Notes: a model not told the origin generated them from the sequence alone. 62,926 nt of DNA, filler included, from Octopus bimaculoides (GCF_001194135.2; 3 parts of 2 records of this genome joined end to end with filler, not necessarily neighbours in it), one strand, 5' to 3'; counted from the first letter of the whole stretch, positions 1 through 12,659 are shown. Numbers and translations are program-made.

Positions 1-230
1 CGAGGATTACAGGTCAGCGTAGGTGGTACATTCTCTTTTTTCCCTTGCGTCCCGAAGTCTGTTAATGCTGGTTGCAATAAAGTTTTTAATACCATTCTGA
101 CACAACGATTTCCATTTTGTTCGTTCCAAGCCTCTTTGCTCAAAGGTATTGTGAGCTATGTTCGTCTTTAAGAGGTTACTCTTCAGCTTTCCCATTTGCT
201 ACATAATCGTATTTACCATTCTGTAAAAAT
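1..230 (-). mobile_element. RTE-clade LINE, C-terminal ORF fragment
   Basis: The minus-strand peptide KLKSNLLKTNIAHNTFEQRGLERTKWKSLCQNGIKNF...REKR fits the LKxNLxxxxIxxxxWExxAxDRxxWxxxxxxGxxxF...KR tail pattern I recall for RTE ORFs. The element runs off the window edge. Confidence 0.6.
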
Positions 231-399
231 AAATCTGGTGCCGTTATGTTTTGTGTCTACTGCGTTATGGCGGGGGATCAATGAGACTTGAAACTGTTGC
301 GTGAAACTTTGTCATTCTGGCGTCGTTTTAATGATGTATTTTGTTGGTTCAATGATGTTTTCACTCGAATCTATTCAAAAGGTAACATCTCAATGCCAG

Positions 400-1580
400 A
401 CACGTGTAGCACTTAAATCGCAGTTCTTCAACTAGCCATACAGAAATTTGATCATAGTAACACAACCAACTGAAGTGAGAATTTAAAGAACCCGTTCCTC
501 CTGTTTTTAGTAATAAGCTCCTCTTGACCCTCATTGACGAATACTCTTTTTACCCTAACCTTTTGCACTTTCTGACATAAAATCATCCATCTTTATTAAT
601 TGTTTTCAAAACTTCTGTAATTTTTTTTTATATCCTTGCCTTGATACATTTCGACACTTTTGTTTTAAGCAACAATCTGCGACAATTATATGCATAGAAA
701 CGAATTTAGCTGGCAGACATATGACTCAACGGCACCCATTGTAACGCCAGCTCTTTATCGCTGAATTCTAAAGACTTGCAGATTAGTGAGCAGGAGACCG
801 CTCCACTTGATGCTCTTCATTCTGTCAAATCTTTATTGTACATTATATTCAATGTAACTCCTCCGGAGGCATGTTCTCTCGACTCTCCCAAACTGCTTAA
901 TTACAACCGTCAATGAAGATATGATGCTGTTGCTAAAAAAAACGTGTCTGACAAAACTCAACCCATAACATACGCATGTGAAGCTTCATTTCCAGCAAAG
1001 AATCGACAGTTCACGTGCGATATCAGGCTCTCACTGGTAGATCTGACGATAGTTTTTCAAGCTTCACAGAACAACTTCTGTCATTCAAGCCATCATTTAA
1101 TTCTAAAATATTGTCAAATCAACCGCAAGAGCACTGAAGGATCCAGTGGTGAACATTCGAAATTGTCCTACGAATAAGTGAAGACTAAAATCACAGTAAA
1201 GATGCGTCCTTACAACCGAATTCTAGTAAAGCAGATGTCCTTAAAGCCTAAGGGACCCTAAAGGTTAGTTCGGCTTCATCTTTGTATCGCACTGAAAATA
1301 CAGTCCTTCAACTAGCAGTTTAATCAGATTAACACGACCAATCGAATTAAAAGAACTCCTTCCTTTGTTTTTGGTAATAAGCACTTGTTGGCTTTAATTA
1401 ATAACAACCGTTTTGCGCGCTAGCAATTGTTTTAAAAACGTCTGTACCTGTATTTGGCGCCCTTGCTTTTATATACATCTCGATAAAGATAGAGATGCAT
1501 CCTCACAACCAAACTCCAGGAAAGCGGATATCCGTAAAGCCTACGTTAAAGGTTCGTTCGGCTTCATCTTTTTACCCATC
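400..1580 (+). pseudogene. Decayed repeat-containing coding relic, unidentified
   Basis: 1201-1283 matches 1494-1571 and 421-535 matches 1301-1400. Substitutions in the first pair fall mostly at third codon positions. Stops and frameshifts are present. Confidence 0.4.
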
Positions 1581-1950
1581 TACCATGAACTATTCGCTAA
1601 AATCTTCCTTTATTCCTCCACACTTTAAGACAATCATAGTTTATATTATAGACATCTTTCATCTTCTCCCGAGGCGGAATGCTATATAATACATGCCGAC
1701 TTCTTTTCCATTTATACTCGTTCATTCTATTCCTCTCATTTTCTTTCAGTCTATGCTGACCTTCTATATAGCAATACAATCTTCTACAAAAGTTCTTCTT
1801 AATAACATAGTGACTGCTGCTATAAAATTTCGCTAGTCTACGCAGTACAGCACAGCGATGAAGAAAAATAAGTAAATTACGTATCAATAAGTTTGTACGA
1901 GTTTTAATTAAATGAATACCATGTCAAAAGGAAAATATAAAGAAGAAAGC

Positions 1951-1989
<39 letters not shown>

Positions 1990-1993
1990 TGTT

Positions 1994-2025
<32 letters not shown>
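1951..2025. repeat. (AGT)n microsatellite
   Basis: Direct reading. Confidence 0.95.
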
Positions 2026-3227
2026 TTGGAAATGTTCAATTCAAAAATGTCAGCTTTACAAGTGAAATTACAGTATACCGGGCGCTCAACCACTAACTAG
2101 TTAAAAGCGACCATAAGCAGTNNNNNNNNNNNNNNNNNNNNNNNNNNNNNNNNNNNNNNNNNNNNNNNNNNNNNNNNNNNNNNNNNNNNNNNNNNNNNNN
2201 NNNNNNNNNNNNNNNNNNNNNNNNNNNNNNNNNNNNNNNNNNNNNNNNNNNNNNNNNNNNNNNNNNNNNNNNNNNNNNNNNNNNNNNNNNNNNNNNNNNN
2301 NNNNNNNNNNNNNNNNNNNNNNNNNNNNNNNNNNNNNNNNNNNNNNNNNNNNNNNNNNNNNNNNNNNNNNNNNNNNNNNNNNNNNNNNNNNNNNNNNNNN
2401 NNNNNNNNNNNNNNNNNNNNNNNNNNNNNNNNNNNNNNNNNNNNNNNNNNNNNNNNNNNNNNNNNNNNNNNNNNNNNNNNNNNNNNNNNNNNNNNNNNNN
2501 NNNNNNNNNNNNNNNNNNNNNACGTGGAAAAGTTCACACCGAGTACTCACTTGATATTCTCTTCCATATTGTTGTTAGTAGTTTCCTTTCTGAACAACAA
2601 AAATATTTTCGTTGAAATCGAAACTTTTTGGCTGTTTTTATCTAAAACCGTTGTTATGTACACAGAAGGAAGAAATAACAAAGCAGAGAACACAATAAGT
2701 TTCGTAAAATATTGAAAGTTCAAAAAACTCCCAGATCGTTGATAAATAGTTTTGAGTGTTCGATTAACTTCTTTCATTTTTTGCCTGTCTGAAACATTAC
2801 TGAAGTTTATCCTAAAAGCCTATGCTTGTTTTCATTCTTATTTGGCCTTTGTTTCATGCGTTCTAAGTAATATAAACTGCCTTTTCATAAGTACCATGTT
2901 ACTCCGGTGGTTGAAAAAAGCTGGGAATATGTATCATTGATGATGCATGGACGACAAGGAAATGTGTGCTATGCATCACAGGTGATGCACGGGACGGGCA
3001 ATGGGTTAATAGCTTTTTTAACAACCTATCTATGAAGGCCTTAACAACAGGTGTGACTTCTGCCTTCTGGTATACATCAAGAAGCCTATCCTCTTTATAT
3101 GCAGTTGCAGTTTAAGCCCAGGTAAACCCCAACCGATCATCCTATAATGGAAACTCATAGAATGCTACCTCATTATCTTGTCATATCAATGTTTCCTTTT
3201 TAATGTACCGGTGTAAAAGAAGTTTGC

Positions 3228-3317
<90 letters not shown>

Positions 3318-3420
3318 TAGTATGTATGTATGTGTATGTATGTATGTATGTATGTATGTATGTAGATAGGTAGGTAGGTAGGTAGGTAGGTAGGTAGGTA
3401 GGTAGGTCGATAGGTAGGTA
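3228..3420. repeat. Compound microsatellite (TAG)n-(CAG)n-(TAG)n-(TATG)n-(TAGG)n
   Basis: Direct reading. Confidence 0.95.
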
Positions 3421-3449
3421 CGTTTTCATAGATAGAGCGGATAACATTT

Positions 3450-4200
3450 CCCACCACCGATGGCATACCAAATGAAGTTGTAAATGCCGTCCGCACTATC
3501 TATGTATACTGCAAATTTTTTGTATGCACGGAGACACCGACACATTCGCAATTCTTCAAAGGGACATTAAAATCTTAGACCATGCATTAAAATCTTAGAC
3601 CATGTACTATAGCATGCTATAGTGTCTGAACTAGGCATAACTCTCCATCTCTGCCAAGGTTCACGTCATCCAGCATCGTGCTTCACTCATCTCGACTTTG
3701 CAGATGACATCACACTCGTCTCACATACACTCACAAACACTCAGACTCCCCTCACAAACCTGGTGTCAATAGCCATTGAAGTTAGTCTTTCAATAAACTA
3801 CTTGAAGACAAAGACCATAATAATAGGAGAAAACGCTGCTGTGGGTGGTCTTACACTTTCATTCGGGTCCATTGTGTCAGTAACTGATTTCTTTTGCCTG
3901 GGCTTTTGTATTCGCTCGACCAGCACAGATGTTAACATTCGTAAAGCGATAACATGGTAAGCATCTGACAAGCTATGGAAAATTTGGAAAGCATCACAAC
4001 TGTCACATGACCTAAAGCAACGACTGTTTCTTGCTACAGTCGAATCTGCTCTACAGCTTTGAATGATTGTTTTTTACCGTGACCCAACAGCGATGACTAG
4101 TTAGCACATACACTCGACCTGTACACAAGGACTTTAACATTTCCTATGCCAACCATATATCATCCAAGTTACTATATGGATCTTTACCATGTCTCACCCT
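3450..4200 (+). mobile_element. Non-LTR retrotransposon RT fragment (RTE-X-like), decayed
   Basis: Peptides GIPNEVVNAVRTIY, HLDFADDITLVS (FADD box), INYLKTK, and RKAITW*ASDKLWKIWK...LKQRLFLATVESAL. A 20-bp tandem duplication (cattaaaatcttagaccatg) lies at about 3565-3604. The clade assignment is inference. Confidence 0.78.
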
Positions 4201-4689
4201 AACAGCTGAAACAGACCGACTGACATAACGCTCTTTTTTTTTCTACGTAGGCATGTTCAAAACTAGTGGTCAGGGCTACATAAGGTGCACTTATGCGAGA
4301 TACAGGAGAGTGCAATAGGTAGATAACTAGGTTGGTTGGTAAGCAGGTAGATAGGTAGATAGTTTGGCAGGTATGTATTTATCTATGTCATTATTCAGTT
4401 TTATTTCAAGGTTAATTGCCAATAGAAAAAAAGCCGGTTTCTAACCTAGCTCCGAAGCGCCTTCTTTGGAATGTCAACAGTATCAACAGGGTATTTTTGC
4501 ATGTATGTATATATGTATGTATGTATGTATGCTTGTGGATAGGTAGGTAGATAGATNNNNNNNNNNNNNNNNNNNNNNNNNNNNNNNNNNNNNNNNNNNN
4601 NNNNNNNNNNNNNNNNNNNNNNNNNNNNNNNNNNNNNNNNNNNNNNNNNNNNNNNNNNNNNNNNNNNNNNNNNNNNNNNNNNNNNAGAT

Positions 4690-5000
4690 AGTTAGGTAGT
4701 GGAAAGAAAGTCAAGCAGGCACATAGGTAGGCAAGTAAGTAAGCAGGTATGTGGGTGGGTATTTAGGCAAATAGGTAGATAAATAGGTCGGTAGATAGGT
4801 AAGTTGGAGAGTTGGTATGTAGGTAGGCACGTAGGTAGGTAGGTAGGTAGGTAGGTAGGTAGGTAGGTAGGTAGGTAACGTAGGTAGATAGGCAGGTAGG
4901 TAGGTAGGTAGGTAGGTAGGTAGATAGGTAGGTAAGCAAGCAGGTAGACAGGCAGTTGAGAAGTAGGTAGAGAGCTAGGTGAATAGCTAGGTAGTTAGGT
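4690..5000. repeat. Degenerate (AGGT)n/(AGAT)n tract
   Basis: Direct reading. Confidence 0.9.
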
Positions 5001-5030
5001 AGGGGGGGGCATAGATTATGAAGGTGCTTT

Positions 5031-5097
5031 CCTGGGTTTGGTGCAATATATATCACCTGACTACCAGTCTGGTGATACATATTGCACTGTCCCTAGG
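5031..5097 (+). ncRNA. Candidate pre-miRNA or mirtron-like hairpin
   Basis: 32-bp stem with 28 positions paired (3 G-U) and no bulges on the + strand. The hairpin is directly visible; expression is unproven. Confidence 0.35.
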
Positions 5098-5674
5098 TGT
5101 TATTATCTAACATAACGAACAATGGCCCAATTCTGTACGGTAAGTATCGAAGACGATGATATCAACATTAAACAGAGTAGAAACCAGTTCAGTATAAACC
5201 ACTGAGAGATTAAGTGATTGGCATTGTCTAATCGTTTCATCTGCACCATGTTCTATTCGATGAAGGCAGTATGATGGATAAGCTATCAATTATCCTTATG
5301 TTAACGATTTATTGTCTTAATACGGAAGGCAAAATAACTTCGAATTAAATAACTTCAACATTGAAGTTTAGTCACAACAAAATATCAGTTATTGTCACCA
5401 ATGCTCTTCAAAGTGCTGCTGCTGGGCTGACTTGAAAATAGTATTTCACCAAATCAAAATACGTAATTGTATCCTAGCAAGGGAACTTCTATGTGGTCAC
5501 ACATCCTGCTCGAAATAGAAGTCAAATGTCCTCAAATAATATCTTATTGTCTTTAAGTAGGTAGGCTTACATAGCCACGGCAGGAATGTTTTTGATCACA
5601 GCTATCTTCATTAAGTATGCACCAAAGGCCAAAGTGTGATAACAACGTATATTGTATCTTTGGAAATCAGAATG

Positions 5675-5845
5675 AGGAACCTGTCAGAAATAACAGCTAA
5701 GTCTCCCCAACTAAGAAAAAGATATCATACCTTACCTGTTCTTAATAGCAGAGTGATACCTTAGACAACATAGTTAGATGAGATGGTTACAGCTTGAGCA
5801 CCCTCGATCCTAAGTAGGATTGATTAAGTTATAGCTACAACAACA
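5675..5845 (+). repeat. Old dispersed repeat (family E) ending in (CAA)n
   Basis: Shares tgtcagaaataacagctaa...gatggttacagct...(caa)n with copies at 6365, 18755 and 58165. Confidence 0.55.
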
Positions 5846-6855
5846 ACGACGACTACGACGACGACGACGACGACGAGGACATGTTTTGCTTTTGCCTCCG
5901 ATATGTAATTTCATATTTGTATCGAACGCATTTATTCTGAATAGCTAGAGCAGACACGTTATTTTTCGCTTATGCTTTTTTTTTCTAATATTCGATTAAT
6001 AAAAAATTAATAAAATCTAAATAACAATGCTATTTTCCAATTAAAGGCAATATAATTAAAACATGTATGCGCCTGTTCTTTCAGAAAGCCAAAACAAAGA
6101 TTAAGTAGATAAATAAAAGTATATGTTCGGCGTTACAATGGCTTTGTGCTTATCGTGCAAGTCAATAATTCGACCGGCTTACTAAATTATTGAACGGATT
6201 AATGTAAGGACATCTATAACGAGAATGAATAGTTCTGGAGTATGCATAGAATTGACGTATATCTGTCTTTCTATGGGAGTGGCCATATCTGATTAGTAAG
6301 GATGACGAATAACCAACCAGTATATCAGTTGTTTGCATTTAATCACCAAGACAACGAGGATGCTCAGCATGTTAGAAATAGCAGCTAAATTCCCCCCCCC
6401 CCCGCCACTAGTCACATCTTATGCCTTAAAGAACTCACTAGAAAATATTATTCAATGGTCATGATTGAAGTTTCTTTGATCGTGAGCCATAAACCAGAGC
6501 TGAACTAGACTCTAACAATAGCACAAGTGTTTTATTTTATCGACCCCCACCCCAACTCCCATAAAAGGTTGGGGAGACTAAGCTGACAATTGTAAAAGTT
6601 AAACTGTGTATGCATAGAAACCTAATTATGTAAAAAGCATCAAAGTGAACTATCAACAGATGCCGTGATCTAACCCCACATTATATGTTTGATGATTTCT
6701 AACATAGACATAAGGTTAGAAATTCTAAGAGATATAGTGTAGCGGACCTGATACTTAATTGGTTTTTATTTCATAGACCCCATCCCCACCCCGATGATGA
6801 AAGACAAAGTTGATCACGGAGGCATTTGGACTCATAGCGTAAAGTGTCATAGGTA

Positions 6856-7078
6856 AATATCGGTTTCGAATTTTGGCACGGGGCCAGCTATTTCTGGAGC
6901 GGTGGAGCTAAGTCGATTACGTCGACCTCAGTGATTAATTGGTACATATTTTATCGTTCCCAAAGGGATGAAAGGCAAGGTCAACCCCGACAGAATTTGA
7001 TTTCAGAACACAAAAACGGACAATATACCGATAAACGATTTGCCCGGCGAACTAACAATTCTACCATCGCGCCGCCAT
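6856..7078 (-). mobile_element. tRNA-derived SINE family A, tail type 1
   Basis: Reverse copy of ggcggcgagctggcagaatcgttagc...ttgcctttcatcctttcggggtcgataa...ggccttgtgcc. More degraded minus copies lie at about 6740-6850, 7200-7320, 7380-7500 and 8030-8200. Confidence 0.85.
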
Positions 7079-8469
7079 AGGCAAATATCGGAAGGTATTT
7101 GTTCTGACGCCTTTAAATTTTCTGCCAAGATACTACCCTTAATAATTAGCGAAACATTGACACACAGACAAGACTTTTCTGGGAGAGATGATATTTTCGT
7201 GTTGACCTAGTAGTTGTTTGGCACTTTATTTCATTCTCATCGAATGACGAAAGGTAAAGTCGACCATGACAGGAATTCAATTCGGAACGTTAAACCACGA
7301 GACTAAATACGTGTTCTGCCATCTACTGTATCTGAGGTGTCTACATAATAACTTCCAACACAGAAATGAGGACACAAATTTGGGATAATGGGATAATCGA
7401 TTAAATCGGACTCAGTTTTATTAGTACTTTACTTTTACCGATCCAGGAAGAATGAAATGCAAATTTGATCCCAGTAGGATTTGAACTCAGAACGTAGAAA
7501 GTCGGATATATATTTATATATGTGCGTGTGCGTGTGTATGTATATATATATATGTNNNNNNNNNNNNNNNNNNNNNNNNNNNNNNNNNNNNNNNNNNNNN
7601 NNNNNNNNNNNNNNNNNNNNNNNNNNNNNNNNNNNNNNNNNNNNNNNNNNNNNNNNNNNNNNNNNNNNNNNNNNNNNNNNNNNNNNNNNNNNNNNNNNNN
7701 NNNNNNNNNNNNNNNNNNNNNNNNNNNNNNNNNNNNNNNNNNNNNNNNNNNNNNNNNNNNNNNNNNNNNNNNNNNNNNNNNNNNNNNNNNNNNNNNNNNN
7801 NNNNNNNNNNNNNNNNNNNNNNNNNNNNNNNNNNNNNNNNNNNNNNNNNNNNNNNNNNNNNNNNNNNNNNNNNNNNNNNNNNNNNNNNNNNNNNNNNNNN
7901 NNNNNNNNNNNNNNNNNNNNNNNNNNNNNNNNNNNNNNNNNNNNNNNNNNNNNNNNNNNNNNNNNNNNNNNNNNNNGTGTGTGTGTGTGTGTGTGTGTGT
8001 GTGATTAAATTTCCAATATGAGTAAAAGGGATTAGTTGCTTAACTTGACTCCAGTGCTTGGCTATTGCTATATTGCAGTGAAACCAAAAGCTTGAAAGGC
8101 AGTTTTATCCTCGGTGAGATTAGAGACCAAAACGTAAGAATTCGAAAGAAATACGTATGCTATCTTACTGACACCGAAACAGTTCTAACAATCCGCTGCA
8201 ATTATGTGTATATATTATTATAACAGTCTGCGCGTGTCTGTGTGAAGAGGAATATTGAAGAGTGTACGTATTGTGTAAACTAACTAGGAAAGAGTGAGCT
8301 ACGTTGTTAATGTAATCTATCAAAATATCATTTCACAACAGAAAATGTTTTCTGTAATGAGGATTTGATTTAGCTACACCTTGTTACAAAACATAACAAG
8401 CAAAGACGCCATTATACGGGCATATGCAGATACTTCTGAAGATATTCAAACATATTCTTACATATATGT

Positions 8470-8483
8470 ACATGCGTGTGTGC

Positions 8484-8525
<42 letters not shown>

Positions 8526-8803
8526 CCACATATGTATATGAACAAATATCTATCTATGTATCTATACATACATATACATATATATANNNNNNNNNNNNNN
8601 NNNNNNNNNNNNNNNNNNNNNNNNNNNNNNNNNNNNNNNNNNNNNNNNNNNNNNNNNNNNNNNNNNNNNNNNNNNNNNNNNNNNNNNNNNNNNNNNNNNN
8701 NNNNNNNNNNNNNNNNNNNNNNNNNNNNNNNNNNNNNNNNNNNNNNNNNNNNNNNNNNNNNNNNNNNNNNNNNNNNNNNNNNNNNNNNNNNNNNNNNNNN
8801 NNN

Positions 8804-8847
<44 letters not shown>

Positions 8848-9070
8848 TTGTTGTGCTTTCACACACCCATACATACACACATGCACACATATATTCACAC
8901 ATATGCATACATATATATTTACATGTATACATAATACTTTCACACATATATACTAATATTTACACTTACAAACTTAATATATACACGCAGGTACATACGT
9001 ACATATGTACTGACGTATACACTTACATGCATACATACATATAAATATACACACAAATACATATATATCC
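8470..9070. repeat. TG/TA/CA dinucleotide-derived tract spanning a gap
   Basis: Direct reading. Confidence 0.9.
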
Positions 9071-9618
9071 ATAAGATATTTCTCCACATACAAACCAAAT
9101 AGTGCTCTATGTCCTAACATCAAACAAACACAATTCGCATACAAACATTCAAACCTCATTCTACCGTGTTAGAAATATGTATCCTCACGCACATATACAC
9201 TCACTATACCCACTTCATAGATACGAGCATTCGCGGACAAGTTACAACTGAATAATACAAACAATTCAATCGCCAACTACGTGGATTGTCTATGTCTATA
9301 ATATGTATTTCCTCCTACTCTTACGAAAGAAATAGCGGAGCCTGCTAGAACAATAGAATCAAGTTTCCAAAAGTAATTGTCACGCACACGACTCGTGTTT
9401 GTTTTGTTGGGCGTTTGTCCAACAAGGTGTTTGTATAGTTTTAATGAACTAATGATTGTCAAGTCCAGACATATGGTTCACTAACATCTGCCGTGCCATG
9501 GTGTATATTTAACTTCGGTATAAAAATGTTCTTAAAAATCTATAGATTGCTTGTGTTACGACCATGACGCCATTTTCAACGTTATAAATACGCACACAAA
9601 CACACACACGCACGCACG

Positions 9619-9660
<42 letters not shown>

Positions 9661-10842
9661 TAGATAGGTAGATAGATAGATAGATAGATAGAAGCCTACC
9701 AAGTAAATAGTACACGCATTTATTGAAATGCTACTTTTAATCTTGATTTCATATTCTTTAATTAATTTAGTTGTTTTAAATTTAAATTCCAAATTGCCAT
9801 CCTTATTTTGCTGCAAATAAATATGCCAATTTTACCACTTTGAACACATGAAATAAAAACTATATAAGTTTCATATCGCCTGNNNNNNNNNNNNNNNNNN
9901 NNNNNNNNNNNNNNNNNNNNNNNNNNNNNNNNNNNNNNNNNNNNNNNNNNNNNNNNNNNNNNNNNNNNNNNNNNNNNNNNNNNNNNNNNNNNNNNNNNNN
10001 NNNNNNNNNNNNNNNNNNNNNNNNNNNNNNNNNNNNNNNNNNNNNNNNNNNNNNNNNNNNNNNNNNNNNNNNNNNNNNNNNNNNNNNNNNNNNNNNNNNN
10101 NNNNNNNNNNNNNNNNNNNNNNNNNNNNNNNNNNNNNNNNNNNNNNNNNNNNNNNNNNNNNNNNNNNNNNNNNNNNNNNNNNNNNNNNNNNNNNNNNNNN
10201 NNNNNNNNNNNNNNNNNNNNNNNNNNNNNNNNNNNNNNNNNNNNNNNNNNNNNNNNNNNNNNNNNNNNNNNNNNNNNNNNNNNNNNNNNNNNNNNNNNNN
10301 NNNNNNNNNNNNNNNNNNNNNNNNNNNNNNNNNNNNNNNNNNNNNNNNNNNNNNNNNNNNNNNNNNNNNNNNNNNNNNNNNNNNNNNNNNNNNNNNNNNN
10401 NNNNNNNNNNNNNNNNNNNNNNNNNNNNNNNNNNNNNNNNNNNNNNNNNNNNNNNNNNNNNNNNNNNNNNNNNNNNNNNNNNNNNNNNNNNNNNNNNNNN
10501 NNNNNNNNNNNNNNNNNNNNNNNNNNNNNNNNNNNNNNNNNNNNNNNNNNNNNNNNNNNNNNNNNNNNNNNNNNNNNNNNNNNNNNNNNNNNNNNNNNNN
10601 NNNNNNNNNNNNNNNNNNNNNNNNNNNNNNNNNNNNNNNNNNNNNNNNNNNNNNNNNNNNNNNNNNNNNNNNNNNNNNNNNNNNNNNNNNNNNNNNNNNN
10701 NNNNNNNNNNNNNNNNNNNNNNNNNNNNNNNNNNNNNNNNNNNNNNNNNNNNNNNNNNNNNNNNNNNNNNNNNNNNNNNNNNNNNNNNNNNNNNNNNNNN
10801 NNNNNNNNNNNNNNNNNNNNNNNNNNNNNNNNNNNNNNNNNN

Positions 10843-11025
10843 TTGGGGTTTCCTGGAATCTGATCTAGGTAGTAATCAACCCGTTTCGCTGTCATTCCCA
10901 GGGCACCTATGACAATAGGTATTGTTTTCGTCTTCAGATTCCACATTTTGCTAATTTCTATTTGAAGATCTTTATATTTGCTCAGTTTTTGGTAGGTCTT
11001 GACAGTGCCTAGTATTGCATCAGGG

Positions 11026-11027
<2 letters not shown>
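10843..11027 (-). mobile_element. R4/Dong-type RLE non-LTR element, C-terminal endonuclease fragment
   Basis: KLSKYKDLQIEISKMWNLKTKTIPIVIGALGMTAKRVDYYLDQIPGNP, beginning immediately after a (TAA)n tract on the minus strand. Confidence 0.85.
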
Positions 11028-11097
<70 letters not shown>

Positions 11098-11102
11098 CAT
11101 TA
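11028..11102. repeat. (TTA)n tract
   Basis: Direct reading. It separates two RLE-element pieces. Confidence 0.95.
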
Positions 11103-11482
11103 ATATTTACTTTTAATATGCAAGTTTGTTACGAACACTCACCAAGACATACCCAGCATGTTAGGGCGAGTGAAGGATAAAAGATTTATAGTATGACTGA
11201 AAGCTTGGGGAAAGAAAGTGGCAGGGGCAGTAGCGAACACATACATTTAAAATCAAAGTGTTTTTCTACGGATATTGGCAGTACTTGTCAGCACAATCTT
11301 TTGGATTTCTCTGACACATGGTTCTCCTGGGATATTATCTAGATGTTTCTTACATCCCTTTCTTATCATACCTAGGGAACCCACAATAACAGGAACAGTT
11401 CTCGCTTTAAGATGCCACATCTTTTGTATTTCAATTTCCAGGTCTTTATATCTACTTAATTTGTCAAATTCCTTTATTATTC
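11103..11482 (-). mobile_element. R4/Dong-type element 3' end (RLE C-terminus, 3' UTR, TAA tail)
   Basis: KEFDKLSRYKDLEIEIQKMWHLKARTVPVIVGSLGMIRKGCKKHLDNIPGEPCVREIQKIVLTSTANIRRKTL*, then about 170 nt of UTR and (TAA)n. Confidence 0.87.
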
Positions 11483-11625
11483 CCTTCTTCTTCTTCTTCT
11501 TCTTCTTCTTCTTCTTCTTCTTCTTNNNNNNNNNNNNNNNNNNNNNNNNNNNNNNNNNNNNNNNNNNNNNNNNNNNNNNNNNNNNNNNNNNNNNNNNNNN
11601 NNNNNNNNNNNNNNNNNNNNNNNNN

Positions 11626-11669
<44 letters not shown>

Positions 11670-11689
11670 GGTAATATGGTATTATTACT

Positions 11690-12659
11690 ATATGGTACCA
11701 CAGTATGGTTGCTTTCTCATTTTCTGTGACCTTTTCTTGCGTGTGCCTATACCATCTTTTTTTCTGTTGTTATTCCATAGTGTATACAGGTCCCAACTCT
11801 GTCGTGTCTGTGAATATAATCTTTCTTAGCCAGGACTGGGCAGCCAGAAACAATATTATTTATTGTTCCTTCTCCATCTTCACATATTCTGCAGCTACTT
11901 GTATTTCTTTTCATTATATGTTTTTGGTAATTTCTGGTGGGGAGGCTTTGGTCTTGTGCAGCAGTTAAAACTCTTTCAGTCTCTGCTTTGATTCTTGAGC
12001 TTCTCAGCCATTGTTAGGATTTTGCTTTGTCTATTTCTTGTTTAGCCTAGTATTTGCCATGAAGGAGCTTTTCTTGCCAACGTCTTATCATGACCCATTG
12101 CTGTTCTAATTTTAGTTTGGATTTCAGTTGTTTTACAGCTTTTGTTGTTTCTTCTTTTTCTTCAGAGTTGTTAGGTGCTATGTTTTCTTTTTTTGTATTT
12201 GTCAGTTTCTTTAAAGACTGAAAACAGTTTTTTTGTTTTCTTCGTGTTTTGTGGCTATTTCTATTAGTTTTCCTTGCTTCTGTAGTCCTATGGTGGTTAT
12301 TTCGTAATAGTTTTCTAGCTGTATAAGTCCTTTACCACTTTCGATACATTGTATATACAACCTTTCTATGTCACATTTTAGGTGGTGCATCCCAAATCCT
12401 GTCATTATTTTCCTTGTTTTCCTGTCTATTTTGATTAGTTGATTCAGAGTCCAATTAAGAATATTGTAGCAGTAACTTATAATTGGGTCGGCTAGAGTGT
12501 TCATACCTATTATCTTGTTTTTGCATTTAGCTCTGTTTCGGTATTAACCTAACTCGTCTATAGTATTCTTTTTTTATCTTCTCTTTCATTTGTGTGTGTT
12601 GTATTGTATTTAGTTCATTGATTCCTAAGTATTTGTATGTTTGGCTTTGGTCTAATTCT
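11690..12659 (-). mobile_element. R4/Dong-type element, post-RT region and zinc knuckle, decayed
   Basis: TYKYLGI..., DRKTRKIMTGFGMHHLKCDIERLYI...GKGLIQLE, AETERVLTAAQDQSLPTRNY, CRICEDGEGTINNIVSGC (degenerate CCHC), HRHDRVG and KATILW. Confidence 0.88.

Noticed and set aside
2533-2627. Minus-strand segment ending MEENIK|gtgagt
   Set aside because: The donor and Kozak context are good, but the peptide is too short to evaluate and the downstream sequence is a gap.
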